Source of the DNA: Eremomyces bilateralis CBS 781.70 | Lineage: Eukaryota | Reading direction: 5' to 3' (one strand) | Length of the DNA stretch: 64,000 bases | NCBI GenBank assembly: GCA_010015585.1 | Contig: ML975174.1 | Part shown: positions 1-11,914 of the stretch, one piece after another | How the letters are laid out: each line of letters begins with the position of its first letter | Numbering within the stretch: position 1 is the first letter of the stretch | The notes under the pieces: generated by a model | Database searches by the model: none | Told to the model about the DNA's origin: nothing | Seen by the model: the letters and a program-made list of their open reading frames with translations, nothing else | Made by a program: the position numbers and the translations under genes

Positions 1-553
1 CAGCTTTTGCAGCGGCCGCCGCCGCTCTTCGCTTCTTAACGTTCTCGCCGAACGGAGATCGCAGGGTTACGGAGGCCACGACATCCGTCTTTCCTTGTAG
101 GAGCGCCGAGGGCAATAGGTCCGAGGAAGTTTGCGCGAACGATGTCGACGATGCCGGCGACGCTGGGCGCAGCTCCCCCTGCCGGTAATAATCCTGCCGT
201 TCCACCACGCTCAGGACGCCCGTCCACTCCAGGTTCCGGCTCTCAGTCTTCATCCATCCTGCGTTCACATCGACGACGCTGGTCTCGAGGATGTAGCTCT
301 GGCTGTCGCCGGCGGCGGTGGCGCCGAGGAGGGAGCGGGGGATGAGGCGGAGGACGGCGGAAGGGAGCTTGGAGCGCTTGAGGTGGAGGCGGGTGGTGGT
401 GAGTTGACGGGTTTGTGGGTCGAACTGGCGGGATATGACATCGGTGGATTGCACGTGGGTGCTGTAGGGATTGGGGTAGCGGAGGAAGTAGGCCAGGGAG
501 ACGAGGGGGAAGGCGTGGTCGTAGGCGTAAGTGGACGTGTAGACTTTCACCAT
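1..553 (-). CDS. PRELI/MSF1-domain mitochondrial lipid-transfer protein (Ups1-like); 3' end runs off the window
   Basis: Minus-strand translation from ATG at 553: MVKVYTSTYAYDHAFPLVSLAYFLRYPNPYSTHVQSTDVISR...SYILETSVVD...ESRNLEWTGVLSVVE. The YPNPYSxHVxSxD motif is typical of PRELI/Ups proteins. It is absent from the ORF track, consistent with its stop lying outside the window. Confidence 0.85.
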   Translation of the reverse strand, partial: MVKVYTSTYAYDHAFPLVSLAYFLRYPNPYSTHVQSTDVISRQFDPQTRQLTTTRLHLKRSKLPSAVLRLIPRSLLGATAAGDSQSYILETSVVDVNAGWMKTESRNLEWTGVLSVVERQDYYRQGELRPASPASSTSFAQTSSDLLPSALLQGKTDVVASVTLRSPFGENVKKRRAAAAAAKA

Positions 554-3500
554 GATGGATCTCGTCGGGGGGTTCTTGATATGGTGATGGAACCAGCTTC
601 GATCGCTCAGGTGGCAAATTGGGGGTTGATCGGATGGGGGACCACCATACCTAGAGCAGGCAGTCAATCGGTGGTCAAAATGAAGGCATTTAACACGTTT
701 CTACCGTCCCGATGACTCCAATATGTGAACGGTGAATTGTTGGTGAAAGACGAGATAGAGAGTTGACGTTCACAAGGGAGGGAATTATTTGATGGCGGAG
801 GTTAGAGGAAGAGCTTTGGGATCCTTCCTAATGAGGAAGGATACGGCAACTCCCGACCCCGCTTCTTAGCCTATTAATAGTCACGTGATACTCTCTATAT
901 ATCGACTCCGACCGAATCAAGAGCTCTTGTCACCACTTTCTCCAAGCTGCACCGTGATAGCGACACCCTCAATGGTACGGTGGTGCAAGTATGCCACGTA
1001 TCGAATCCTTAATGGAAAGTAAGCCGAGGTACACATTGGGAATTCAATCGCCACGTGCCGCAATAGGATATCATACTCAATATCTATGTCAGCCCGTAAT
1101 GTCTAGCTAAGTCTGCCAGTGCGAAACTGGCAAGGCTCTTTATCGGTAAGAAACGAGACATAAACTCATCAGTCCGCTGTGTTGATCGGAACTTGCAAAG
1201 GTATGAAATCAATCATGACATTCAAGAAGTCGTCGCTGTTTCGGTCATACCTCCCAGAGTCGCTCCTCATGGATAGACGTCGCAGATTCGATATTGGAGG
1301 ACTTGCCTCCTCTATGAAGGCCAATCCTGCTAACCCTACCGAGAATCTCGTCTCGCCCTTGGTCACGAACCGCTCGAAACGTCAAGCATGCATCAGTGGG
1401 TCGATAGGCTATACTGCAGTGGATTGTCGCCTCCGAGCGGAGACGCCGGCGAGATCACGGGATATATTTTGGGAAACGACCCCGTTCCGTATCTGGCCGT
1501 TTCACAATCCGCATACCAATACCACAAGCTCGTGTGCTTAATCGATCGCCGAGCTTGCTTGGGCTACACGTTCTTAGAGGCTCCGGCAGGATGAATCGTC
1601 GCTGGTGTCTTAACGCCAGTCTGGAGTTAACCTCGCGGGAGTTGGAAGATTCTCCTCACATGTCATCCTGCTGCCTATTGAAGGACTCGGGGTTTACCGG
1701 TAGTCAATGGGGTTCTTCGAATCTATGCTCTGCGACCGACGAGGTCTTCGGCGACCTCGTGCGCCCGTATCCATCTAACAAATACCCGTGTTGGACAGAG
1801 CCACAAGTCTTCTCGATATTGGGCTTCACTAATATCGACTCGAGTCTCGGCAGAGAATGAACTACATGCGTCACGGTCGATATGTCATCGTTCTCCTTGG
1901 AAGATCTGTCCAAAAACATATGGACAGACTGAATCACCGCGCCAGTCCATTATACTTCTCGTTTGAGGAGAATTTGAGGCATTGACGCTTTATTTCTGTA
2001 TTAGAAAGGTTTAGGTTATGCCGCACAATTCTATACGAGCTTGAATACATGCTATCCACGTTCACTGGCTCCACCGCAAGTGCATGTGAACAGCCAGCTC
2101 GTTGCCTTCCCGTCAAGCTCTAATGTTGGGCAGAATCGATATGGAATTATGGACGTCAACCAATGCGGAGAATGGTCACGTAACACCAAAATTTTGGAAA
2201 TGCTCTTCACGAAGGAATTGTGTGTCAATCTGTCGAATATTCAAATCATTAGACGATAGACAAGCATTATGAATTTATGATGCATATTCGTCCATCGCTC
2301 CACTGGACTAATCACAGCGTTCATGCCGAACATCAGTGATCAGTCGAACAGAGCGCAGTCAGGGGGTCCCCGAGGAAAGCAATTTGCATCAATTGCCCAG
2401 TGGCTAATAAGTTTAAATCGAGGCTCGAGTCCAAATCCTGTCCATATTTGCTTCCAAATTTGCCCTCCAGAATTTCCAATTCGGGAGTGCTATTATTAGC
2501 TAAGTCCGGTGGACCGTCTACGTAGTACTCATCTTCGTCTTTATTATTCGATGACCACAAAAACCCATGTCAGATGCCCGCATATGGTCTTATTTACGGT
2601 CTTTTTTTGCATCGACTTGCCTGATCGAACGGGTGGTCCTTGCAGGGTCCATTATGCTATTCTTTGCATAGCTACCAGCTTGGACGGCGGCTCTCGTAGA
2701 TGTCTTGGAACTTCGATGGAGGAGAAGGGTCTAGAACCCTGGGGGCAGACTTCAGAAAGCTGGCATCAGTGATAATACATGTTTCGAAAGGCTTCCCTTT
2801 CAGGAGAGGGCAACGGAATGATGCCAGTGACATGGCATGATATTTGGAAAGAGTGAACATTTATCTGAGCAGATAGGAGGTCAGAATATGTTTGACAGGC
2901 GACATGGAACAGCTGCAGGTTACACGTACTTGTGAGAAACATGAGTCGAAACATGTCAGCTTCAGTATATGCTGTAGCTTTGGGTGTTGCCCCTGCATCT
3001 GGAGGGAAGAAAATATCAGTGCCCTGAAAGCACATCCCTACATAGTAGGGCGTTGACAACGCTCAATTACTTTCTTTTTGTCGTACGTTACCTCTGTAGT
3101 GGAAATAATGTGTTCCACCGCTTTTAATTAGGCGAGACAATAATTACTCCGCTCCATTAAGGTCGGCGGGAGGAAGGTGTCAAACGTGACGGAGTATCAA
3201 TTTCTTCCACAGCAGATATGTGAAGGACACCATGATCGCAAGGACCGAACACCTCCATAATTCGGTTTCCTTCTTCTTTTCGTCCTGGAGTCTGGAAGCC
3301 AGAGGCTCCATTCCGGATCAACGACGCCAATTTGAACCTCGTCGAAGCTCGCTGCACGCCTCGGAAAAGCCCCCGGAGGCTCCAACAGCACCTGGTCCGC
3401 ATCTCAACTATTCTCAAGCCACCCAACACAACCCCATGTCGACGGAAGGGATTAGCATCAAGCCGACAAGGGCGCTTGCCAATGCCCTAGTCTCAAGCCG

Positions 3501-5059
3501 AGAATACACGACTTAAGCGCCTACATTTAGCACCAACTCGATCGAGCTTCTAGCGTCCGAGGACCCTCTCACTCCGACCACCACCTTCCATTACCGCCGG
3601 TGGCAGGTGTCGATATTAACAATTATGAGGTGGATTTGTCAAGAATTGGCATGCGGATTGCGTCAACTTCCCGGCGGTGCGGGTAAGCTTAGAGTGAGCT
3701 TGAGCCACGTTGTTGTGGATGGTAAGTTCAGATTTTTGACTTTTGAGTTCTGACGGCCGTTAAAGATGGGTCGTCTGTGGTGAGAACTCTAACTCTGCTG
3801 CGCTTTGAAGGCCACCAGCCGGCACCAGGGCTTTGGTCTTATGGAAGATGCGTTAGGGGCCTGGGCCGCCTGGCATCTCGTCAGATCGGATGATCGGTCC
3901 TCACTATACTGTAATCTGTTCGAGCCGTTGGCCCGTTACACGATAGTCCTAAGTCCCTGTCTGGGGGCGTTGGGTGGCAGAAATGCTCCACGCTGGTAGG
4001 TTTGCATTTCCGAAGTCCTGCTGCACGTCCCGGGATATGCGAGAAATGTTGAGTTCTGGGTGGCTGGACGGCGTCTAGAAGTCGTCTAACCAACATCCAG
4101 ACCAACGTCGCTCATGGTTTTCTCGTCACGGACAGTTGAACCTGCTCGCCGCATCGCAATCAAATCGCAATACCTCATATCGCCGTCCTCATTTCTTTTG
4201 ATTGAACCCCCGTCCACGAAGGCGGGGGATACCTGGATCTTCCAGTATCCCGTATCCCTTCCCTTCTCCGACGTTTCCATCGCCGCCGTCCCTCGTTCTT
4301 TTCTTCTTCGTTTCCCGTTTCAGGTTCAGCAGGCAAGATGACGAGAGCGTCCTTCCGCACCCCCCCGCAACCCAACACCCTCCCCATCGTTTCCCGCCAC
4401 GATTCCTGAATTGGGAGCTTCGAGGACCTGCTGCGGCTGCCGCCAGCGTTCGGAACCGCTACCCGCTTGGTGGCAAGGTGTCAGAGAGGCTTAGGTTGAT
4501 GATGAGTTGATCCGTCCGGGTCTGCACAGACGGTGGACGGGGCTCCTAGGCCTAGATGGAATCATGGCATGCTAATTCCGGTGTATAGTGCACGCCTCCA
4601 CGTTTTGCAATTCTCACGCGCTTGTCGAGGTTGGTGGTAAGCCTGCATATGCCCCAGCGTAATATGCAAGTCTGCAGATGTCGCGACTCCCTGGCATGCT
4701 GTCGGGGGTGTTGGAATTGGGAAGACAAGAATCACCATGGATATAAAGGATAGCTCACCCTGTGGTACGAAGTTACACAATCATCTAGTAATCCACTCAA
4801 TACCATTCCATCTTGCCTCGTCTCCGAGTCCAACCTCTTTCCCGTTCCACTGTTCCAGTGTTCTTCAGATAACATTCCTTTCTCAAGGTCTTGGTTCTCT
4901 TCTTGCCGTCCGCAGTTGTTCGGAATTGCACTTCAGCATTTTATGGTATCGCAGACACAAATCCATTGAGTCTTATATCATAACCCTTCGATATCACTAC
5001 ACCGTATCCTCTTCCAACGACCTCAAGCCAGTCCCACCGCGACTGAGCACTCCTTCACC

Positions 5060-5758
5060 ATGCACATCCCAACCGCCACCGCCCTCCTCTCCCTCCTCTC
5101 CCTCACTACCGCCTTCCCCGCCCGCCCCTCCACCCCTGACCTCTCCCGCCTCGCCCTCCCCCCCTCCGCCCTCCTCCCCCCCGACTCCTCCCTCGCTCTC
5201 AAATACGTCACCCTCGGCGTCGGCACCCAAAACTACACCTGCAGCCCCTCCGCCACCGCTCCCACCCCCTTCGGCGCCGTTGCCGACCTCTACGACGTCT
5301 CCCCCCTCTTCACCTCCTTCATCGGCCCCGCCGCCACCAAGTGGCTCCCAGGTCTCGCCCTCAGCTTCGCCACGACCGGGCGCCTGCACGACCTCCCTAG
5401 CGCCGTTGGCAGTGCGGTGACGCCGATCGGCCGGCATTTCTTCGACGGGACGCCCGGGGTGGCGGCGACGGTGCCGATTTTCGATCTGAGCGGGGCGGCG
5501 GTACCGGTGCGCGCGGTGGTGAAGAAGGGGGGGAACGTGCCGGCGCCGGAGGGGGCGTGTCCCGGGCCGGAGGATCGGGGGGCGGTGGATTGGTTAAGGT
5601 TGGTGGGGGATTGGGAGACGGGGAATGATGGGCGGGTGAGCGTGGTGTATCGGGTGGAGACGGCCGGGGGGGTGGCGCCAGAGACGTGTGAGGGGATTGG
5701 GGCGGAGGGGGTGCAGGTGCAATATGCGACGGAGTACTGGTTCTACGGACCGAAATAA
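5060..5758 (+). CDS. Secreted DUF3455-type fungal protein (232 aa)
   Basis: Hydrophobic N-terminal signal peptide; motifs GVGTQNYTC, GAVADLYD, GRHFFD, GAVDWLRL, VYRVETAGGVAP and YATEYWFYG are characteristic of this family. Confidence 0.8.
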   Translation: MHIPTATALLSLLSLTTAFPARPSTPDLSRLALPPSALLPPDSSLALKYVTLGVGTQNYTCSPSATAPTPFGAVADLYDVSPLFTSFIGPAATKWLPGLALSFATTGRLHDLPSAVGSAVTPIGRHFFDGTPGVAATVPIFDLSGAAVPVRAVVKKGGNVPAPEGACPGPEDRGAVDWLRLVGDWETGNDGRVSVVYRVETAGGVAPETCEGIGAEGVQVQYATEYWFYGPK

Positions 5759-6393
5759 GGAATGCATAAGGGAATCGGCGTTCGGGTCTGTTTCGGTAGA
5801 CATGGGTCGGGCAGAGCGTGGAATGATACCACGATTTCGGTGTATAGGACTAAGGATTGGTCATAGCATGTCGGCTGTTTGCTTGTTTCGGTTTCATTCG
5901 GCAGATATTTTGCCGGAGACCTAATGCCATTGTTCTTGTACATGAATCTGAAAGACTCATAAAGTGGCAACTTGCAATTTCTTGATCCTGGATTCCAGCT
6001 GAGCACTTTGTGCTCAACGCCGCTGATCACATCGATCTCCAACAATAGAGGGCAATGTTTGTCGGTACTTCGCGGCTGGTTTCAGTCGATCTCCTTTGAG
6101 AAAATCCGTGATGAAGGCTGATACCGAAATATTCGATACGTTTAGGCCCCTTCTGGGATTGGAAGGCCAAGCTCAATTTCTTCCCTCCCAATGCGCTATA
6201 TATTATGATGCGTCATGTTCTATCCTCCGAGCGTCCTGGTGTCCCCAACTGTAGCCTTGTGCTGTTGTGATAGGCTGATGGCTGCAGCAGGAAGTAGGAA
6301 TGCTTGGATAAGCGTCGAATCGGCCAGTATGACCGATAGACTGCGAGGCGGAGGGCTTCCATCTTAATGGAAATGTCGGTAGAAGAGTCATTT

Positions 6394-7239
6394 TCACCCC
6401 TTCTGCCCAACACCGGACTCTGGGGACTTCAACCGCAACGGCATCGTGTGAGCGAGGGGTATGTACCCCTCTATCGATCCATAACCGGTAGCAGCCAGTT
6501 GAGTGGGCGCTGCGGGGGCTCCCGAGACGGGCTTTTCGACGATATCGCTCTGCATCAGGTCGGTTGCTCGAGTGGACGAGATCTTGTCACCCCGTTCGAG
6601 AGCCAGTTGTGCCAACGCACGACTCAAGTCCGGATTCCGATCCGCTGTTGGCTTCCTGATGTCCGGAACCACCGGGTCGTCTCCGGATGTTTCCTTCAGG
6701 ATCGAGATAGGCGGCGTGGCTCCAGATTTTCGGAACGCGACGGGCTCTTCGATCAGTTGGACTTTGATGTATATCGCCCGCTTGGCGCACTCCGGCGAGC
6801 ACCAGAGCTTCGTGTTTCGATGCGGAAGGATCTTCATGTCTGCGACACCCCACACCAAATCAAACTCCGAGTCCCCTAGCTGTCGTCGCGGTTGGCGAGG
6901 ACATAGCACATACGCACACAGGTCCGCGCAGCGTCGTTCTTCGAGGAGGTCATCGAAGTCGCTGGGTTGAAAGGCCGCGAGCAGCGTCTGAATTCGTTGA
7001 AGGTCGGAAGCTGCAGGATTAGCCGGATCAGCGTCTTTTGATAGCGGGAATTCAATCAGCTCTTCTATCGACTCGAGGATGCGAGCCTCGGCATCCTTCT
7101 GGGCTTGGATCAGCCGTGCATGGTGGACCGCGATTTCACGGTTACGTTTGTTCTTCGCCTCTGCATCTTGAGGGTCGAGATTGCTGCCTCTTGAAACGGG
7201 AGGGGCGTCGAGGATGGAATCCAACGCCATAGGATCCAT
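6394..7239 (-). CDS. RTR1: Rtr1/RPAP2-family RNA polymerase II CTD phosphatase (281 aa)
   Basis: FQPSDFDDLLEERR-CADLCAYVLC...WCSPECAKRA..IKVQL..EP zinc-finger core of Rtr1/RPAP2. Confidence 0.8.
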   Translation of the reverse strand: MDPMALDSILDAPPVSRGSNLDPQDAEAKNKRNREIAVHHARLIQAQKDAEARILESIEELIEFPLSKDADPANPAASDLQRIQTLLAAFQPSDFDDLLEERRCADLCAYVLCPRQPRRQLGDSEFDLVWGVADMKILPHRNTKLWCSPECAKRAIYIKVQLIEEPVAFRKSGATPPISILKETSGDDPVVPDIRKPTADRNPDLSRALAQLALERGDKISSTRATDLMQSDIVEKPVSGAPAAPTQLAATGYGSIEGYIPLAHTMPLRLKSPESGVGQKG

Positions 7240-7264
7240 GATTGAACCAGGAACTATTTAAATT

Positions 7265-7327
7265 TTAAGCCTTTTAAGCCCTTTAAGCCCGTTAATCCTG
7301 TTAAGCCTGTTAAGCCTGTTAAGCCTT
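7265..7327. repeat. 9-bp minisatellite, 7 units, consensus TTAAGCCTG
   Basis: Units start at 7265, 7274, 7283, 7292, 7301, 7310 and 7319: ttaagcctt, ttaagccct, ttaagcccg, ttaatcctg, ttaagcctg, ttaagcctg, ttaagcctt. Confidence 0.9.
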
Positions 7328-7870
7328 TAAGGTGTGGGATGATTGATGTTCAGGGTGGACGATTGGACCGAATAGACTATTAGAGGAGAGTCCGCAGTTG
7401 GAGTTTGATATCAGATGTGAAACTGACTGCGACACTCCATTGAAGGACCGACAATGCCAAGACTCATCCCGGCTTCTCTCGCCTACAGTAACAACTCTAA
7501 GAAGCTTCCTCCTCCTCTACATCCCTCTCGAATTCACCACTCCTCTCTTTCGTCCATAGCTCTTCATGCTCTCGATCCGCTCTTGGACTGGTCTTTAATA
7601 TTTCCCACTTCTCCTTGATGGTCTTCTGCTTCATCAATTTCCATCGTCCTGTTCCATCGATTGTTTTCCAGCCCGCTCCTTCCCATCTTTGCTGACGTAC
7701 ACACCAACACTGCCCCGCTGGAGTCTCCAGGCTCCCCAGAGTGTCTCCAAACAAACCTCTCCAGATACGCTCTCCACCTTAAGCGTCGTTTCTACCGAAA
7801 TTGGACCTGTTCAATCATCCGTATTACGTTACTTCCTTCTTGGAGCGTTCCTGTTTGATCCGCCGTCGTA

Positions 7871-10800
7871 ATGACGTCCCCGCCGTTCAAGGTCAAGGCG
7901 GTGTACGAATACACTTCACCCCACGATGACGATCTGAATTTCAAAGACGGTCAGATCATCACCGTCACCGAAGAGGAGGATGCCGACTGGTATGTTGGCG
8001 AATACGCCGATGCTTCCGGAGAGCAGAAATCCGGCCTGTTTCCCAGAAACTTCGTCGAGAAATATGAACCCGCGCCACCTCCACGACCCAACCGAGCATC
8101 CAGACCCAAACCGACGGAACCGGTTCCTGAGAAGGCACCAGCACCCGAAGAGCCATCAGAGCCGCCGATCGTTCTGGCTACAAAACCGGAACCCGTCAAA
8201 GAAGAGCCGGTAGCAGCACCCCAAGAAATACCAGCCCCCGTTCCTCTCGCATCTCCTCAACGCGAGGAGCCTGAAATCAAATATGAACCCGCTCCTGCAC
8301 CAAAGCCGGTTCCTGCTGCCCCTACTCAGTCCGAGGCTCCAGCTCCACCTGTCGAAAAGAAACCTCCACCGGTAGCAGCCAAATCGAACGCCTTCAAAGA
8401 CCGCATCGCAGCTTTCAACAAAACTGCCGCTCCACCAATTGCCCCGTTCAAACCCGGCGGATCTTCCAGCACCACCTTTATCAAGAAGCCGTTTGTTGCT
8501 CCTCCACCAAGCCGAGACGCATATGTCCCGCCACCCCGTGACGCCCCAACACAAAAGTTGTACAAGAGAGACGAAGATCCTGAAATTGCGGAGCGACGGG
8601 CACAAGACCAAGAAATCGCGGAAAAGGCTGGCTTGGTTGGGGATGCTGCAAACGAGGGCGGCGAAGATGCTCCCAAGCCTCAGAGCCTGAAAGAGAGGAT
8701 TGCGTTGCTCCAGAAGCAACAAATGGAGCAGGCCGCCAAGAGAAGCGAAAGCACTCAGAAAGAGAAGCCTAAGCGGCCTCCCAAGAAGCGCGTTGAATCA
8801 CACGACAAGGATACACCGCAAGCCACCAGCGTGGAGCCGGAACCAACCGCCTCGGCCGATGCTCCCATGTCATCCGACGAACCTCATGAGCATGCCCATC
8901 AACCCGCCCTCACTCGGATGACATCAAAGACTTCAAAGCCGAGCGAACCGCGCGATCGGGAACCAGTTAGTGACGGAAATGACGCGGATCAGTCCGGCCT
9001 TGGTGACACTACAGAAGACGCGGGAGAAACCTCGACTGGCCTTGATGACGAAGAAGTGGAACCCAAAGCTCCAGGAAAGGTGCCGCAGCCTGCCGCAACC
9101 GCCCAGCAAGCAGATGTAGGAGATGAAGAGGATACAACGGAAGACGATATGGATGAGGAAGCTCAACGACAACTCGCGCTTCGTGAACGCATGGCGAAGT
9201 TGAGCGGCGGCATGGGCATGGCTGGCATGTTTGGTATGCCGGCCCCTGCCGGAGCACCCAAGAAGAAGAAACCGTCAGAAAAGATACTAGAGGAGGAGGC
9301 TGAGCCCGCACCCGCACCCTCGTCGGCACCTAGGGTTCCGATGATCCCCATTCCAGGAATGGGTGCTCCCCGAGCTCCAGAGGAGCCGTCTGAATCGAGT
9401 CCCGCGCATGACGAGGACGACGACGACGACGCAGAAACAATCGCTCAGGAAGAGCCGCCATCGCGTCCCTCCCTCGCCCAAGGTACGCTCGTCCCAATCC
9501 AGGCCATGAGTACATCGGATCCTAGGAGAAGTCACTCACATCGGTTGGCGGATCGGAGAAATTATATCGAGCGGAGGTTGTCCGCTCGACGCGCTCTTCT
9601 CCGTGATGCGGCTCAATCAACGATGTTGAACACTTTGAGTGGGTTTATGAGCTCGGGAACATTTCTTATCTATTCTTGCGATGTGACATGCTGACCTCGG
9701 ATAGATCGCGGTGCACCACCACCAGTCCCAACTCAAGAACGGCCGGCGCCACCACCGGTGCCGAGCGATCGCCCGAAGGCAGAGGGTATGTTAACCGAAA
9801 CTAGGTGCACACTCCAGTGGCTAACGATGTGTAGCTACGCCCATAGAGCCACCGCGATCGTTGATCCAATCCCCTAGTGCAGGCTCCGAGTCCGATGACG
9901 AGATGCCTCAAAGCTCGGGAGATAATAGTCTCCCTCTCCGTGGAGCACCCCCACCCATCCCGACGGCGAGCATACCTCCTATGCCGTCAAGGCCGCAGGG
10001 GCAGTCGACTCCAAAACGTACTTCCGTGCACAGTCCCCTTGCGATGTCTCCGACTTCACCGGGAGGGTCAGGACGAGTGCCAGTGTTCCCAATGGGCGGC
10101 ATGCCTAGTGCAACGGCATCTAGGCCACCACCACCTCCGCCTCCGGGAGCTCCTCCGAGCAGGCAAGGCACATCCGAGAGCCTGTCACGATCGATCGCCG
10201 GTGGAGATGGCGTGGAAGGGGAGAGTGAATACGAAGGCGACTATGACACTGACATTGCTTCTGGCGCTAAGCATAAGGATGCTCTCAAAGCACATATCCG
10301 AGAGCCAAGCATCGATGGCAGCACCGTAGCCGATGATAATTCCACGCGTGGGGCTCCTCCTCTTCCGCCTATTCATCGAGCTGTCCCCCCGCCGCCGCCT
10401 CAACAAGCACCCCCAAGGCGCTCCGTTGACGGGCCCAGGGCCCCGCCGCCCCCAGTTCCGCCGCCACGGGATACACTTGCCGAAGAGGAGGAGTATGACC
10501 CGTACAAGTACACGTCACCGACATCCCGACCGGTTCCTTCTCGGGCCGCCCCTCCTCCCGCGCCTGTCGGTCCGCCTCCTCCACCAGCTCCGCAAGCAAC
10601 TCCGCGTGAAGAGGACGACGAGGATGACCTGTATGGAGCACCCCCGCCTCGCAAGTCCGTAGACCGCCCTCCACCTCCACCTCCTCAATCACCTCCCGTC
10701 CACCAGCACCCGATACCACATCTGCCACAGGGCCACGCTCCGCCTCCCCCGGCAGCGGTGCCAGCCGCGCCCGGAAGGAGCTCGAGTCGAGCCGCACCAC

Positions 10801-11651
10801 GTCCATCACAAGATATCGAGCAGCCTCCTTCCCATTCCCGCAAGTCCACTGACGTGTCGCGTCAATCCCACGACCAGAGCTACATGGCCCGCGACGTCGA
10901 TCTGGACCGCGCCACGCTGTGGTACTCCCACCCGAACGGCCTCCCCCCCAGCCTGCAAACCCGCCGCGACGTCCTAATTGAACACGGCGAGCGCTCCACT
11001 GCCCAGCGAGGCGACAAGACCATCGCCTCCCGCGACATCTTCGTCCTCTACCCCGACTACAGCCAGACCACCATCTCCACCCGCTACAATGTCGCCCACG
11101 CCCCCGACTGCCGCCTCGACCAACGCCACGACCCGCCCCCGCCCCCACCCCGCCAAGACGCCCTCGAAGCCGCCCACGCCACCTTCGGCGCCAAGATCGC
11201 CGACGACGTCGCCCACAAAGCCAACGCCCTCATCGGCGACGGGACCCCCCTCGCACTCATCTACGAGCTCTTCCGACCCCATGCCACAGCGCTCCCGCCG
11301 ATCGGCGCGCGCTCGTTCGGCGTACCCATCTACACGAACCTCGCGAACTCGTCGGTCGCGCAGTCGGACGAGATCCGGCCGGGCGACATCATCACGTTCC
11401 GCAACGCGAAATTCCAAGGAAAGCATGGGGCGATGCACGCGAAGTACACGGCGGAGGTGGGGATGGGAGGGTTGCATGCGGCGGTGGTGATAGAGTGGGA
11501 TGGGACGAAGAAGAAGGTGCGCGGGTACGAGCAGGTGGCGGAGGGGAAGAAGGGGAAGGTTCGAGCGGAGAGTTGGCGGGTGGGGGATTTGCGGAGTGGG
11601 GAGGTGAAGGTGTGGAGGGTGGTGGGGAGGGATTGGGTGGGGTGGGAGTAG
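7871..11651 (+). CDS. BBC1: SH3-domain actin-patch protein, Bbc1/Mti1-like; join(7871..9482,9705..9785,9835..11651), ~1169 aa
   Basis: N-terminal SH3 (VKAVYEY..DDLNF..WY.GE..GLFPRNFV); FKDRIAAFNK, SLKERIALLQKQQ and LRERMAKLSGGMG motifs; Pro-rich middle; conserved C-terminal domain (DEIRPGDII...EWDGTKKKVR...LRSGEVKVWRVV). GT-AG introns 9483-9704 and 9786-9834 have branch sites and keep the frame. Confidence 0.85.
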
Positions 11652-11914
11652 GGTTGGAGAGTGTACGAGGTTGGAACCTGTGTGGTTGAGCCGAGAGGAG
11701 CAGGCCGTGTTCATACAGCGGATACCTTTCGCTATTGATTACTTTTGCATTCACGTCGAAATTGAGCTCATCTCATATAACCGCCCGTCCTACGCGTCCT
11801 TGCATAACCTAATCATACAGCGTTTCGATCCCATGCGCCGTTTCAACCCAGCCTGAAACTCCATTCGGGGTATACATCATCCTCGCTAAGCGAATACAAC
11901 CGAAATCCCCCTCC

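Noticed and set aside
1100..3516. Series of short ORFs that might be a decayed gene
   Set aside because: No recognisable motif in any frame and no consistent splice pattern; cannot be supported without a database search.
4737..5437. Long Pro/Ser-rich and Gly/Glu-rich alternative-frame ORFs (also over Bbc1, Sec12, the CRIB gene and Snf2)
   Set aside because: Shadow frames of real genes, produced by the strong C/G skew that removes stop codons.
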